From Candidatus Saccharimonadota bacterium (lineage in GTDB: Bacteria > Patescibacteriota > Saccharimonadia > Saccharimonadales > Saccharimonadaceae), in contig JAATFU010000006.1 of assembly GCA_015655045.1 (NCBI GenBank), positions 33,058 to 97,057 of the forward strand: DNA of 64,000 bases, given 5' to 3'. Every line of letters starts with the position of its first letter. Position 1 is the stretch's first letter. Shown here in pieces: positions 18,537 to 28,075 of this stretch. Under the pieces are notes generated by a model that was given only the letters and a program-made list of their open reading frames with translations, was not told the origin of the DNA and ran no database searches. The position numbers were made by a program, and so were the translations under genes.

Positions 18537-19979
18537 ATGGAATCTTCTCACCCAATCGTCCGCACCCGTTTCGCACCAAGTCCAACTGGTTTTATGCACG
18601 TCGGTGGCGTGCGCACAGCACTCTTCGCGTGGCTTATTGCTCGCCAGGGTCATGGCCAATTCGTTTTACGCATTGAAGATACTGATCAAAAACGCGAAGT
18701 AGACGGCTCAGCTGACCATCTGATTACTAGTCTGAATGCCCTTGGCCTTCACTATGACGAAGGACCTGATATTGGTGGTCCGTATGGCCCTTATCGTCAA
18801 AGTGATCGCTTAGCTATTTATACGACTTGGGCACAAAAGCTTATTGACCAAGGTCGTGCCTATGCCGATCCCTACTCAGCCGAAGAGCTCCAAACATTCC
18901 GCGAGCTTGCCAAAAATGAGAAACGAGCTTTTTTATATCGAAATCATCGGCCCGAACACCCACCAACTTGGGATGGAACAATGCCGCTTCGTCTCAAGTC
19001 GGATCCAAAAGCCTATACGTGGCACGATGAAGTCATGGGGGACCTACAAACTGGCCCAGAAGTCATAGATGATATTATCCTAATTAAGTCGGATGGTTTT
19101 CCGACGTACAATTTTGCCCATATCGTCGATGACGCCGAAATGAAGATTACTCATATAATTCGAGGCCAAGAATTCATCGCCAGCCAACCAAATTATCTGA
19201 ATATCTATGAGGCACTTGGCCTAACTCCACCCATCTTTGCAACAATGCCACATATCCTTGGAGAGTCGGGGACCAAGAAACTCGGTAAGCGTGATGGAGC
19301 AAAAGATGTACTCGATTACCTCGCGGATGGCTACATAGAGGAAGCTTTGATTAACTTCATCGCCAGCCTCGGCTGGAACGACGGCACAGAACAAGAGATT
19401 TTTACTCGCGAAGAACTCATCGAGAAATTTAGCCTCGATCGGGTGCAACATAGCGGTGCTCGCTTTGACGAGCAACGGCTCTTATGGATGAACGGCCAAC
19501 ACATTCGCTTGTTATCGCTCGACGAGCTGTATGCCCGAGTAGACCGCTTCTGGCCAGCTTCAGCCGGCTCTGCGACCAGCGAGCACAAGAAACAAATCCT
19601 TTCCCTTGTGCAGGATCGTCTCAAAACCCTCAAAGATCTCCCTTTACTTACTACGTACTTTTTCTCGGATCCTCCCGCAAATCTCACCATGATCACCGAA
19701 AATAAGCAACTTGCTAAACTCCCATTGACTGAATTAGCTCACTTGCTGAGCGTGAGCCGTGACGCTTTAACTCTCAGTGACTATACTGCCGATCACCTCC
19801 AGCTCACGCTTAATCAACTCCTTGACACAACGGGCCAAAAACCAGGTATTTTGTTTAGCCTTATTCGCATTGCCGTCTCGTGGGCACCTTTTAGCCCCAG
19901 CCTTAATGACACGCTTTCGGTGCTAGGTAAAGCGACAGTAACCAAGCGTCTTGACCAAGCGATTCAGCTCTTGTCATGA
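18537..19979 (+). CDS. gltX: Glutamate--tRNA ligase
   Basis: RFAPSPTGFMHVGGVRTALF (HIGH region), GFPTYNFAHIVDD and KLGKRDG (KMSKS-like). Confidence 0.95.
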   Translation: MESSHPIVRTRFAPSPTGFMHVGGVRTALFAWLIARQGHGQFVLRIEDTDQKREVDGSADHLITSLNALGLHYDEGPDIGGPYGPYRQSDRLAIYTTWAQKLIDQGRAYADPYSAEELQTFRELAKNEKRAFLYRNHRPEHPPTWDGTMPLRLKSDPKAYTWHDEVMGDLQTGPEVIDDIILIKSDGFPTYNFAHIVDDAEMKITHIIRGQEFIASQPNYLNIYEALGLTPPIFATMPHILGESGTKKLGKRDGAKDVLDYLADGYIEEALINFIASLGWNDGTEQEIFTREELIEKFSLDRVQHSGARFDEQRLLWMNGQHIRLLSLDELYARVDRFWPASAGSATSEHKKQILSLVQDRLKTLKDLPLLTTYFFSDPPANLTMITENKQLAKLPLTELAHLLSVSRDALTLSDYTADHLQLTLNQLLDTTGQKPGILFSLIRIAVSWAPFSPSLNDTLSVLGKATVTKRLDQAIQLLS

Positions 19980-20602
19980 TCATACCCGATGATGTGCTGC
20001 TAAAAACTCTTTGGAATTACCTCACGATCGAGAGCTTACTATTGCCTGCTGACGTAATCATAGTGGGGGGTGAGAATGATCCGGGTCTTGCCGGGCAGGC
20101 AAGTGATCTTTATAAGCAAGGTTTCGCACCCTTGATTGTCTTCTCGGGCTACCAACAACCCGGTATGGACGAGACCGAAGCCAAGATGCTATCTCGCATT
20201 GCTGAGCAACGAGGTGTACCGACTTCTGCCATTCTTCGCGAGGAGTTGGCCACCAACACCGGTGAAAACATTACCTTGTCGGCTGCCGTACTAAAAACAC
20301 AGGGAATACACGCAGAGCGCGTTATCTTAGTCCATAAACCATATATGACCCGGCGTTTTCTTGCGACTGCCGAGGTACAATGGCCAGATCCAAAACCTTC
20401 TTTCATGGTCTCTCATCAAGTGATCTCGATTGATAATTACTACTTAAAGCTAGGACGGGGGGAAGTGATTCGCAAAATGCTCGGTGACTTCAAGCGAATC
20501 AACACCTACGCGAAGAAAGGTTTCCAAACGCCGCAAGTGATTCCAGAAGAAGTACAAACAGCCTACGATTTACTCGTCGCAAGAGGCCACCAAGTCCGTT
20601 AA
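19976..20602 (+). CDS. DUF218/YdcF-family protein
   Basis: IIVGGENDPG...IVFSGY...LATNTGENI (the T-x-E-N motif typical of DUF218). 4 nt overlap with gltX. Confidence 0.7.
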   Translation: MIIPDDVLLKTLWNYLTIESLLLPADVIIVGGENDPGLAGQASDLYKQGFAPLIVFSGYQQPGMDETEAKMLSRIAEQRGVPTSAILREELATNTGENITLSAAVLKTQGIHAERVILVHKPYMTRRFLATAEVQWPDPKPSFMVSHQVISIDNYYLKLGRGEVIRKMLGDFKRINTYAKKGFQTPQVIPEEVQTAYDLLVARGHQVR

Positions 20603-20778
20603 GTAGCGGAGATATGCTGAACACACCACAAGACCTCCTCTGCAACTTTTATCAGAGCTTCGGAATGTGCTAATAGTGTATCGGTGTATTCAATAAGGTC
20701 TCGGTCGAACATTTCAAGCCTTTCACTGTCCGTGATGGTGATTGCTTGCAACTTGAGATCAATGATCTTATCTTCCAT
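20599..20778 (-). CDS. Possible small helical protein (59 aa), below the ORF-track cutoff
   Basis: Hand translation gives MEDKIIDLKLQAITITDSERLEMFDRDLIEYTDTLLAHSEALIKVAEEVLWCVQHISAT. Composition is protein-like and it fills an otherwise empty 244 bp gap. GAAGG sits immediately upstream of the ATG, closer than ideal. Confidence 0.3.
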   Translation of the reverse strand: MEDKIIDLKLQAITITDSERLEMFDRDLIEYTDTLLAHSEALIKVAEEVLWCVQHISAT

Positions 20779-20846
20779 ACCTTCAGCTTACATGGAGCCA
20801 TAAAGGTTACAAAGCATAACCTGTTTGCTATAATAACGCTTAAGCT

Positions 20847-21938
20847 ATGGAACAATATAAAAAACCAAACATCTGGAAGCGATTCGGACATTGGATCCGT
20901 CGTCATCCACGCCTCAGTTATTTGCTTGCGGGTGTAATAATTATCCTCATAAGCCTTGCTACGGCAGTCTTCATTTATTATAAAACAACCCCCGCACCTG
21001 TTGCCGCACCTGCCATTGTCAAGCCAGTTGTTAAACCTGCTCCGGTCGTTTATTATTCGCCATTAACCGGAAATATAGTGCCCGATCTTGCAGCGACTAC
21101 TCAACCAGTTACGGCCATTATGATTGAGAATAGTCCCGATGCTCGACCCCAATCGGGTGTCAAACAAGCAGGTGTCGTCTTCGAAGCAATTGCCGAAGGT
21201 GGTATCACACGCTTTCTCACTCTTCATCAAGAAGATAAGCCACAATTAATTGGTCCTGTTCGAAGTGTACGCATGTACTACGTTGATTGGCTAGCGGCAT
21301 TTAACGCAAGCGTAGCCCACGTGGGCGGCAGTGCTGCTGCCCTAGCCGAAGTTCGTAATGGCTCTTACCGGGACATTGATCAATTCTTCAATAGTAGTAC
21401 TTACTGGCGAGCAACAGACCGCTATGCACCGCACAACGTATATACGAGTTTCGCCAAACTTGATGCTCTTAACGCCGCCAAAGGCTACACCACATCACAA
21501 TTTACCGGTTTTAGTCGTATTGATGGGAAACCGAGCGAGACACCAACCGCTACGAGTGTTGCGATTAATTTTGGTAGCGCGCTCTATAACACGGCATATA
21601 CATACGACAAGACAACCAATACTTATCCTCGCTCAGAGGCCGGAGCACCACACCTCGATAGAGAGGACGGGCAAATCAGTCCGAGTGTCGTAATTGCCAT
21701 GCACGTTACCGAGAGTACTGTACTTGAGGACGGTTATCGTGAAGATATTAATGCAATTGGTAGTGGCAAAGCTACCATCTTTCAAAATGGCACAGCGATC
21801 GATGCAACATGGACTAAAGCAAGCAAAACGAGCCAAATTACCTTTACTGACGCGACTGGCAAGGACATACCGCTTGTACGCGGACAAACTTGGATTGCAG
21901 CCGTACCAGACGGGAAAGGAGCGGTCTCATGGCAATAA
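20847..21938 (+). CDS. DUF3048 domain-containing membrane-anchored protein
   Basis: An N-terminal TM helix, then PVTAIMIENSPDARPQSGVKQAGVVFEAIAEGGITRFL, as I recall for DUF3048. Confidence 0.65.
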   Translation: MEQYKKPNIWKRFGHWIRRHPRLSYLLAGVIIILISLATAVFIYYKTTPAPVAAPAIVKPVVKPAPVVYYSPLTGNIVPDLAATTQPVTAIMIENSPDARPQSGVKQAGVVFEAIAEGGITRFLTLHQEDKPQLIGPVRSVRMYYVDWLAAFNASVAHVGGSAAALAEVRNGSYRDIDQFFNSSTYWRATDRYAPHNVYTSFAKLDALNAAKGYTTSQFTGFSRIDGKPSETPTATSVAINFGSALYNTAYTYDKTTNTYPRSEAGAPHLDREDGQISPSVVIAMHVTESTVLEDGYREDINAIGSGKATIFQNGTAIDATWTKASKTSQITFTDATGKDIPLVRGQTWIAAVPDGKGAVSWQ

Positions 21939-23476
21939 CCAAAATGCCAAAACAGATTCGAGATTACGTTCCATCGTTTCACCGCCATGTCCTAGGGCTT
22001 GCACTTGTCTGCAATGTTATTGCCTCTTTATGTCTTGCTGGTCTGCTTCTCTCAATGGGGACGTTCACTGCAGATTCAACCACGCTTTGGATGATCGTTG
22101 GTGCGGTCTTTGTGATTGGAGCAGGTGGGGCAACCTTGGCCGTCCATTTGGCTATACAGCCAACTAAAGACCTTCTATCAGCTCTCATTCATGTGGCTGG
22201 CGAGCCAACCCTCACGCCACCACCAAACCCTAATAACCATAAGTATGCCGGTAGCGGCCTTCAAGCAGCTCTGCAGACAATTTATGAACTCGCTAGTCAC
22301 GAAGAGGGTCAATCGTCGCTCACTGCAGCCACGCCACCGCTAACCGACACGGCTAAAATTATGGCCGCAGCACTCGATGCGACTACTTGTGGTTTTGTGG
22401 TACTCGGCACTGATCGTTCGATCCTCTATAGCAATAAGGTTGCACCCGTCAAAACTGATCAAAACGGCAAAGCTACGCTCCAGCTACTCTTTAATGGGAG
22501 TGATACTCTCGATGCCTGGCTCGACGAATGCGAAGAACAAGCCGTTCACAACGAACACATATGGACACGAATTGCCGATCGTCTACCCGAGGAAGAGGGC
22601 CGTCGATTGTTTGACGTGATTGTTTCATACCAGAAGGGGACAATCAGCGAGACGGTTATTACCTTAGTTGATCGCACTGCCACCTATAGCGTCAACGAAG
22701 AAGAGCTCGACTTTATTGCCTTTGCCGCCCATGAACTCCGGGGACCAATTACCGTTATTCGCGGCTACCTTGACGTACTTGAAGACGAATTAGCCGATGT
22801 TCTTAAAGATGATCAACATGAACTTTTCCGTCGCCTGACTGTCTCAGCAAACCGCTTATCGGGCTATATTAATAACATCCTCAATACCTCCCGATACGAT
22901 CGTCGCCATCTGAGTGTCCACCTCTCGGAAGAGTCGGTAGCTGATGTTTATGCTACTATCCGTGATGATATGGAGCTACGAGCCAGCTCACAAAATCGAT
23001 TGCTTTCAGTCAATATTCCGACCGACTTACCAACCATAGCAGCAGATCATGCCAGCCTTAGTGAAGTATTTGGTAACCTGATTGATAATGCCATCAAGTA
23101 CAGTAACGAGGGGGGAGCAATCAATGTTACCGCCGACGTGAAGGGTGACTTCGTTGAGGTGTCCGTCGAGGATCACGGTATTGGTATGCCGGGAAATGTT
23201 GTCAGCAATCTCTTTCAAAAGTTCTACCGATCTCATCGATCTCGTGAAACGGTGGCGGGAACCGGTATTGGTCTCTACATCAGTAAGGCAATCGTAGAAT
23301 CCCACGGTGGTACAATCAGTGTCCGAAGTGAAGAAGGGCGTGGGTCAACCTTTACCGTAAGCCTACCTATTTATGCAACGGTTGCAGATAAGCTTCGAGC
23401 AGGTGATAATAGTAACGAAGGATTAATCGAACATGGTGATGGCTGGATAAAAAACCACTCCATGTATAGAGGATAA
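21929..23476 (+). CDS. Sensor histidine kinase
   Basis: Two TM helices, H-box FIAFAAHELRGPITVIRGY, N-box NLIDNAIKYS, G-boxes DHGIGM and GTGIGLYISK. Start set at ATG 21929 with AAAGGAG 8 nt upstream. Confidence 0.9.
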   Translation: MAITKMPKQIRDYVPSFHRHVLGLALVCNVIASLCLAGLLLSMGTFTADSTTLWMIVGAVFVIGAGGATLAVHLAIQPTKDLLSALIHVAGEPTLTPPPNPNNHKYAGSGLQAALQTIYELASHEEGQSSLTAATPPLTDTAKIMAAALDATTCGFVVLGTDRSILYSNKVAPVKTDQNGKATLQLLFNGSDTLDAWLDECEEQAVHNEHIWTRIADRLPEEEGRRLFDVIVSYQKGTISETVITLVDRTATYSVNEEELDFIAFAAHELRGPITVIRGYLDVLEDELADVLKDDQHELFRRLTVSANRLSGYINNILNTSRYDRRHLSVHLSEESVADVYATIRDDMELRASSQNRLLSVNIPTDLPTIAADHASLSEVFGNLIDNAIKYSNEGGAINVTADVKGDFVEVSVEDHGIGMPGNVVSNLFQKFYRSHRSRETVAGTGIGLYISKAIVESHGGTISVRSEEGRGSTFTVSLPIYATVADKLRAGDNSNEGLIEHGDGWIKNHSMYRG

Positions 23477-23489
23477 AGCGGTATATATC

Positions 23490-23870
23490 ATGGCAATTAA
23501 AACAATTCTCTGTATCGAAGATGACCGCTTCATTGGTGAAATGTACGTCCGAAGCCTTAAGAAAGCCGGCTATGACGTCGATTGGGTTGTAGATGGCAAT
23601 GATGGACTCGTCACAGCTCGCAACAAACCCTATGACCTCATGTTGCTTGATGTCATGCTGCCCGAACGCCGCGGTACCGAGATACTCGACGCCCTCAAGG
23701 GCGGCGCCGAAGATCTCATTCCGCATACAAAGGTGATCGTATTGACTAATTTTGAGCAGGATGATGCTTCTCGGATTGCTATGCAAAAACACGCCGATGC
23801 CTATCTCATAAAAGCGGAGATTACCCCAAAGCGCCTCATCGAAGTTATTCATCAACTCGATACTCTCTAG
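23490..23870 (+). CDS. Response regulator, receiver domain only (126 aa)
   Basis: ILCIEDD, LMLLDVMLP (phospho-acceptor Asp) and VIVLTNF...YLIKA. No output domain. Confidence 0.9.
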   Translation: MAIKTILCIEDDRFIGEMYVRSLKKAGYDVDWVVDGNDGLVTARNKPYDLMLLDVMLPERRGTEILDALKGGAEDLIPHTKVIVLTNFEQDDASRIAMQKHADAYLIKAEITPKRLIEVIHQLDTL

Positions 23871-23907
23871 ACAGCACTAGTGTTATTTGGTAAAGTAGGG
23901 CAGTTAT

Positions 23908-23982
23908 GGTCCCGTCGTCTAACGGTTAGGACACCAGGTTCTCATCCTGGCAATCGGAGTTCGATTCTCCGCGAGATCACCA
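23908..23982 (+). tRNA. tRNA-Glu (anticodon CTC), 75 nt, CCA encoded
   Basis: Hand fold: acceptor GGTCCCG/CGAGATC (one G-U and one C-A mismatch), D arm GTCT/GGAC, anticodon stem CCAGG/CCTGG with loop TTCTCAT, T arm CGGAG-TTCGATT-CTCCG, 3' ACCA. Confidence 0.85.
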
Positions 23983-23996
23983 AAATTATTCAACAT

Positions 23997-24026
23997 ACAA
24001 CATACCTTTAGCTGAAGGTATGTTGT
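23997..24026. terminator. Perfect 12 bp hairpin between tRNA-Glu (+) and the convergent gene ending at 24091 (-)
   Basis: ACAACATACCTT-tagctg-AAGGTATGTTGT followed by ATTATATTTG. It is positioned to act as a bidirectional terminator. Confidence 0.6.
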
Positions 24027-24090
24027 ATTATATTTGCGTACTATATGAATATATCGCAATGGTTTTATACCAGACTAAAAAATGAGGTAT

Positions 24091-25038
24091 CTACCGACGT
24101 CGACCCCTAGAGTTTTGCGGCATGCTGCCCCTGAGTTTCTTGAGTTTTGCTTCAAGCGACAGAGGCTCGCGGGGAGACTCTTCCTGGGTTGCTGAGCGTG
24201 ATTGATGCCATTTGTAGCGCCCATCAGCCAGTGATTCAATCATAGGAAGGAGTCGGAGTTTTTCAAATAATTGGTCTACTTGATCCTGTCGAATAATAAT
24301 GTTTTGGGCCTTCAGGGCGCCAAGTACCGTTCTGTCACTGAAATATCCTCGCGAATCTAGACGAATCATTGGCAGAGTAGAGATAAGTACCTCCGTCAGC
24401 TGATTCGGATGTAGCAGTGAAGCTTCAACAATAGCCGTTGGATCTCCTTGGTAGATATCTTTTAGTACCACCCTGCCATCACCAACTAGATAAAAGCGTG
24501 GATCCTGATCCATATACGCCCAGAACGCATTAAACTCATCAATGCTCAAGCGTTCAAAACCGGCTGTTTTGAGTATGCCACTCAACTCACGTGTGGTAAA
24601 AATCCCGGACAATCTTGCCGCCTTTTGGTACATAGCTGTCGCGAAGGTATCCATACGCGCCATAATTCGCTGACGCTCATGCACCTCAATCATTGCCCGA
24701 CCGAGTACAATCGCCCGCAGTGACGGTTGAACTTGGCTTGCTTCACTCAAGGTCGGCTCATAGCCATAGCGTCGATCAACCCGATCAATGAATCGCTCTT
24801 CCTTAACTAAAGCATGACTAAATGATATCTTCACTTCAAGGGGGACGCGTACCCACTGAAACGCAACCTCAGCCAAGGTAGCGTAGGGAACCCGACGCTC
24901 TTTTCCATCGACCTCGCCATCAATCACTACTTGATCGACCGTCCGCTGTACGGTCCGTTCAAGTATGTGTTCGTCGGCAAAGTCTTCTGGGGTGTTCATA
25001 TCCGTATTTTGACTTTTAGGATATAAACTTGCAAGCAT
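24091..25038 (-). CDS. Hypothetical protein (315 aa; basic C-terminal tail)
   Basis: Clean ORF with no motif recognised. A possible alternative start is ATG 24999. Confidence 0.5.
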   Translation of the reverse strand: MLASLYPKSQNTDMNTPEDFADEHILERTVQRTVDQVVIDGEVDGKERRVPYATLAEVAFQWVRVPLEVKISFSHALVKEERFIDRVDRRYGYEPTLSEASQVQPSLRAIVLGRAMIEVHERQRIMARMDTFATAMYQKAARLSGIFTTRELSGILKTAGFERLSIDEFNAFWAYMDQDPRFYLVGDGRVVLKDIYQGDPTAIVEASLLHPNQLTEVLISTLPMIRLDSRGYFSDRTVLGALKAQNIIIRQDQVDQLFEKLRLLPMIESLADGRYKWHQSRSATQEESPREPLSLEAKLKKLRGSMPQNSRGRRR

Positions 25039-25177
25039 GAGCGAGTTAGGCGTTAGCTAAAGAAGGAACAGATATACGAACGTAGTGCCCACTATGACTC
25101 CAGGCTCGATAATAGAAGCCTCGTGTTTCTGCTATACTGCTAGGTAGTACTAGCATAAGCATATTGAACACGATTCT

Positions 25178-25996
25178 ATGACTCCCAAAGCCACTCCTGA
25201 ACAAATTGATGCCTACTTGGCTCTGTTTGCGAATAACCCTTATAATGCAATGGTAGCGATTAAGGAGCATGTACAACGACGATCGGCCGTCACCTCTGAA
25301 TCTATTTCCGCTCCTTCTCATTCCGAAACAGCAATTATTACTGCGCAGTCTCTCACAAAAACCTATAAGCTTGGCCGACAGCGTATTCAAGCACTCCACG
25401 ATGTTTCATTCACTATTTATGACGGTGAGTTTGTTGCCCTAACCGGTGCTAGCGGGAGTGGGAAGAGCACGCTACTCCAGTTAATCGGTGGGCTTGATAA
25501 ACCGACCAGTGGTGAGATCATAGTAAATGACACCAATTTGAATCATCTCCCCGATGCAAAGCTTTCAACTTTTCGCAACAAAACAATTGGTTTTATCTTT
25601 CAATTTTTCTACCTTCAACCGTTTCTCCGTCTAAGTAAGAATATCGAAGTGCCGAGTATGTTCGCTCATACCAAACGTTCGATTCGTCGACTGCATGTCA
25701 AAGAGCTTATTGAGAGAGTTGGTCTTGCCCAACAAGCTCCTCAGCTACCAAAGCAACTTTCGGGTGGCCAGATCCAACGAGCGGCGATTGCACGAGCTCT
25801 TATGAATAACCCAAAGATTCTCTTAGCCGATGAGCCAACCGGCAACCTTGATAGTACGAATAGTAGGGCGATTATTGAGCTCTTCAAACAAATTCGTGCC
25901 GAATTCGGGATGACAATCGTGCTTGTAACGCATAATCCCGAAATTGCCGCCTTGGCCGATCGCGAGATCCAACTCAAAGATGGGACCTTAATATGA
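25178..25996 (+). CDS. ABC transporter ATP-binding protein (MacB/LolD/FtsE-like) with a roughly 50 aa N-terminal extension
   Basis: Walker A GASGSGKST, Q-loop, signature LSGGQIQRAAIARAL, Walker B ILLADEPTGNLD, H-loop VTHN. Confidence 0.9.
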   Translation: MTPKATPEQIDAYLALFANNPYNAMVAIKEHVQRRSAVTSESISAPSHSETAIITAQSLTKTYKLGRQRIQALHDVSFTIYDGEFVALTGASGSGKSTLLQLIGGLDKPTSGEIIVNDTNLNHLPDAKLSTFRNKTIGFIFQFFYLQPFLRLSKNIEVPSMFAHTKRSIRRLHVKELIERVGLAQQAPQLPKQLSGGQIQRAAIARALMNNPKILLADEPTGNLDSTNSRAIIELFKQIRAEFGMTIVLVTHNPEIAALADREIQLKDGTLI

Positions 25997-27963
25997 TCGG
26001 ATTCATTGATACCCTGACGCTGGCTCGCGCCAAATTACGATCAAAAAAAGTCCTCCTTAGCGTGACGGTCGTACTTGCCTCATTAGTATTTGGCATCATC
26101 ATTACAGGTATGATTGTCGTGACGGGTGCCTCTCGGAGCGCGAATACGTACCTACAGGCGGCACTTGGTGGCAAATACCTCGTGGCGGTAAATCCTATTA
26201 TTCCCGATGAGATTTTAGGTTATGGCTCCATGACAGAAACCCCCTCCGACACCCTTAAGGCTCACTTAACGGATTTACAAAAGCAATATATCGCCGAACA
26301 AGAAAAACTTGCTAAGCAGTATGATGTTGCATTTAATAGCGAATCTATTGATCCCATTCTCAAGGCTAATCCTTTTGGTGCGAAGGATGCATTTGGTAAT
26401 GTCACTCAAGTTATCAATCGTGATGCGCCAGCTTACCAAATGTATGTCCTTGAATTACAGAACGAGTGGCTCAAAACGGCGAGCAATAGCTTTACCGATC
26501 TCAAGAAACTCGCGGGTGTTGATGGCGCAACGACCTACTATCAAAATCAGCGTTCTAGCTTAGGTTATGCGAACGCGATGTATCTTACAAACGGCAAGGA
26601 AGATTTAACAAAGATAGGTCAGCCATTAAGTACGGATTATACTTCATTTATACAAAATTCTGCCTACACATTTACTGACCAGTCACTTATTAATCGATAT
26701 GTGCTACCCGAGAATGCGGCGCGACAAGCAAACAAAAAAGCCATACCGGTAGTTGTCACGGCACAAGAAGCGACTAAGCTATTTAGCGAACAGATAGGGA
26801 TCCCTAAAGAACCGAGTGATGCTGCAGGTAAAATTATCTGGATGAAAGCGTTGCAGGAAAAGCTGAATGGTCTAACGTACCAAGCGTGCTATAGAAGCCC
26901 GGGAGAGATTGCATTAATTCAGCAGACAATGCAACAGAATCAAACAGATACAAGCATGAATAGCTCCTTGGCGTCGATGCAATCATCCATTATGTATAAT
27001 CTACCCACTTCGACCTGTGCGCCAGTTACGATTAAAAAAGATAGTCGAACAACTGCTGAAAAGCAAGCTGATGCTAATCTTGAAGCCTATCAAAAAGCTG
27101 CCGGTACGTATCAACCGCAAATAACACAACTACTAACGTTTCAAATAGTTGGCATCATGCCCCTTGGTAGCCAGACGGATGGCAAATATAACGATATACC
27201 TTCGCTGATTACCGGATTACTAGGCTCTCAGTATCAAGACGGGGCTTTTATACCTACCCAGTTATATACACAACTTTCCGTCACAGAACAGCACAAAGAT
27301 ATTCTCCAATACTCCACTAGCGTGCGAGGTGAAAATGTCCAGAAGCTTGTTGATGCAGGTATCACTCCTGCTATCATATCTTTTCCCAGTGCTGCGTCTG
27401 CAAAGAAATTTATTAATACCAATACTTGTTTAACAATGGACGAAAGCAGCTGCAAGAAACCTTGGACGAGCCAGCTCTATGGCCCTAATTATCTTCTCAC
27501 AGACGACATCAGTAAGAAGGTAGGCGATATTGCAAAGCTAGTATTGCCAATTGCCCTCATTGTTGCGGCAATTATTATGAGCTTTACAATGGCTCGCGTC
27601 ATCATTGATAGCCGGCACGAGACAGCCGTCTTTCGAGCACTCGGAGCAAAGCGAATCGATATTATGCGCATTTATCTTATCTACAGTGTTATGGTTGCCG
27701 TACTGGTTGCCATATTCTCATTTCTTATAGGTACAGGCGGTGCAGTAACCATAGAATTGCTCTATGGACCTGAGATTACCGATCAAGCAAAAGTCGCATA
27801 TGGTGTATTCGATAGCCTAGGGAAGTTTAGTTTAATTGGTGTTGACGGGATGCTTCTCGGGATTGTGGCTGCTGCAATCCTTCTTGTGGGCATTCTTGCC
27901 GTCTTACCACCGCTTATCCGCAACGTTCGCCGCAATCCTATCCGTGACATGCGTGACGAGTAG
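25993..27963 (+). CDS. ABC transporter permease, FtsX/MacB type, with a large extracytoplasmic domain
   Basis: One N-terminal TM helix, a roughly 470 aa soluble domain, then three C-terminal TM helices with the FRALGAKR motif typical of the FtsX domain. 4 nt overlap with the ATPase gene. Confidence 0.85.
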   Translation: MIGFIDTLTLARAKLRSKKVLLSVTVVLASLVFGIIITGMIVVTGASRSANTYLQAALGGKYLVAVNPIIPDEILGYGSMTETPSDTLKAHLTDLQKQYIAEQEKLAKQYDVAFNSESIDPILKANPFGAKDAFGNVTQVINRDAPAYQMYVLELQNEWLKTASNSFTDLKKLAGVDGATTYYQNQRSSLGYANAMYLTNGKEDLTKIGQPLSTDYTSFIQNSAYTFTDQSLINRYVLPENAARQANKKAIPVVVTAQEATKLFSEQIGIPKEPSDAAGKIIWMKALQEKLNGLTYQACYRSPGEIALIQQTMQQNQTDTSMNSSLASMQSSIMYNLPTSTCAPVTIKKDSRTTAEKQADANLEAYQKAAGTYQPQITQLLTFQIVGIMPLGSQTDGKYNDIPSLITGLLGSQYQDGAFIPTQLYTQLSVTEQHKDILQYSTSVRGENVQKLVDAGITPAIISFPSAASAKKFINTNTCLTMDESSCKKPWTSQLYGPNYLLTDDISKKVGDIAKLVLPIALIVAAIIMSFTMARVIIDSRHETAVFRALGAKRIDIMRIYLIYSVMVAVLVAIFSFLIGTGGAVTIELLYGPEITDQAKVAYGVFDSLGKFSLIGVDGMLLGIVAAAILLVGILAVLPPLIRNVRRNPIRDMRDE

Positions 27964-28075
27964 GTGTCTTAAGGTTGTACCGAACCGTGGCGGCTCTTGT
28001 AAATCATAAGCAATATTGTCATAATTACCCCTAGAACATCGTCATAACATAGGGGGCAATATACAACCAATCATC

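Noticed and set aside
20670-20906. 78 aa minus-strand ORF overlapping the start of the DUF3048 gene
   Set aside because: Its hydrophobic, Cys-rich odd composition, overlap with a well-supported gene start, and lack of an SD make it unconvincing.
25046-25399. 117 aa minus-strand ORF
   Set aside because: It lies almost entirely antisense to the ABC ATPase gene and its upstream region. The R/C/F-rich composition is typical of a shadow frame.
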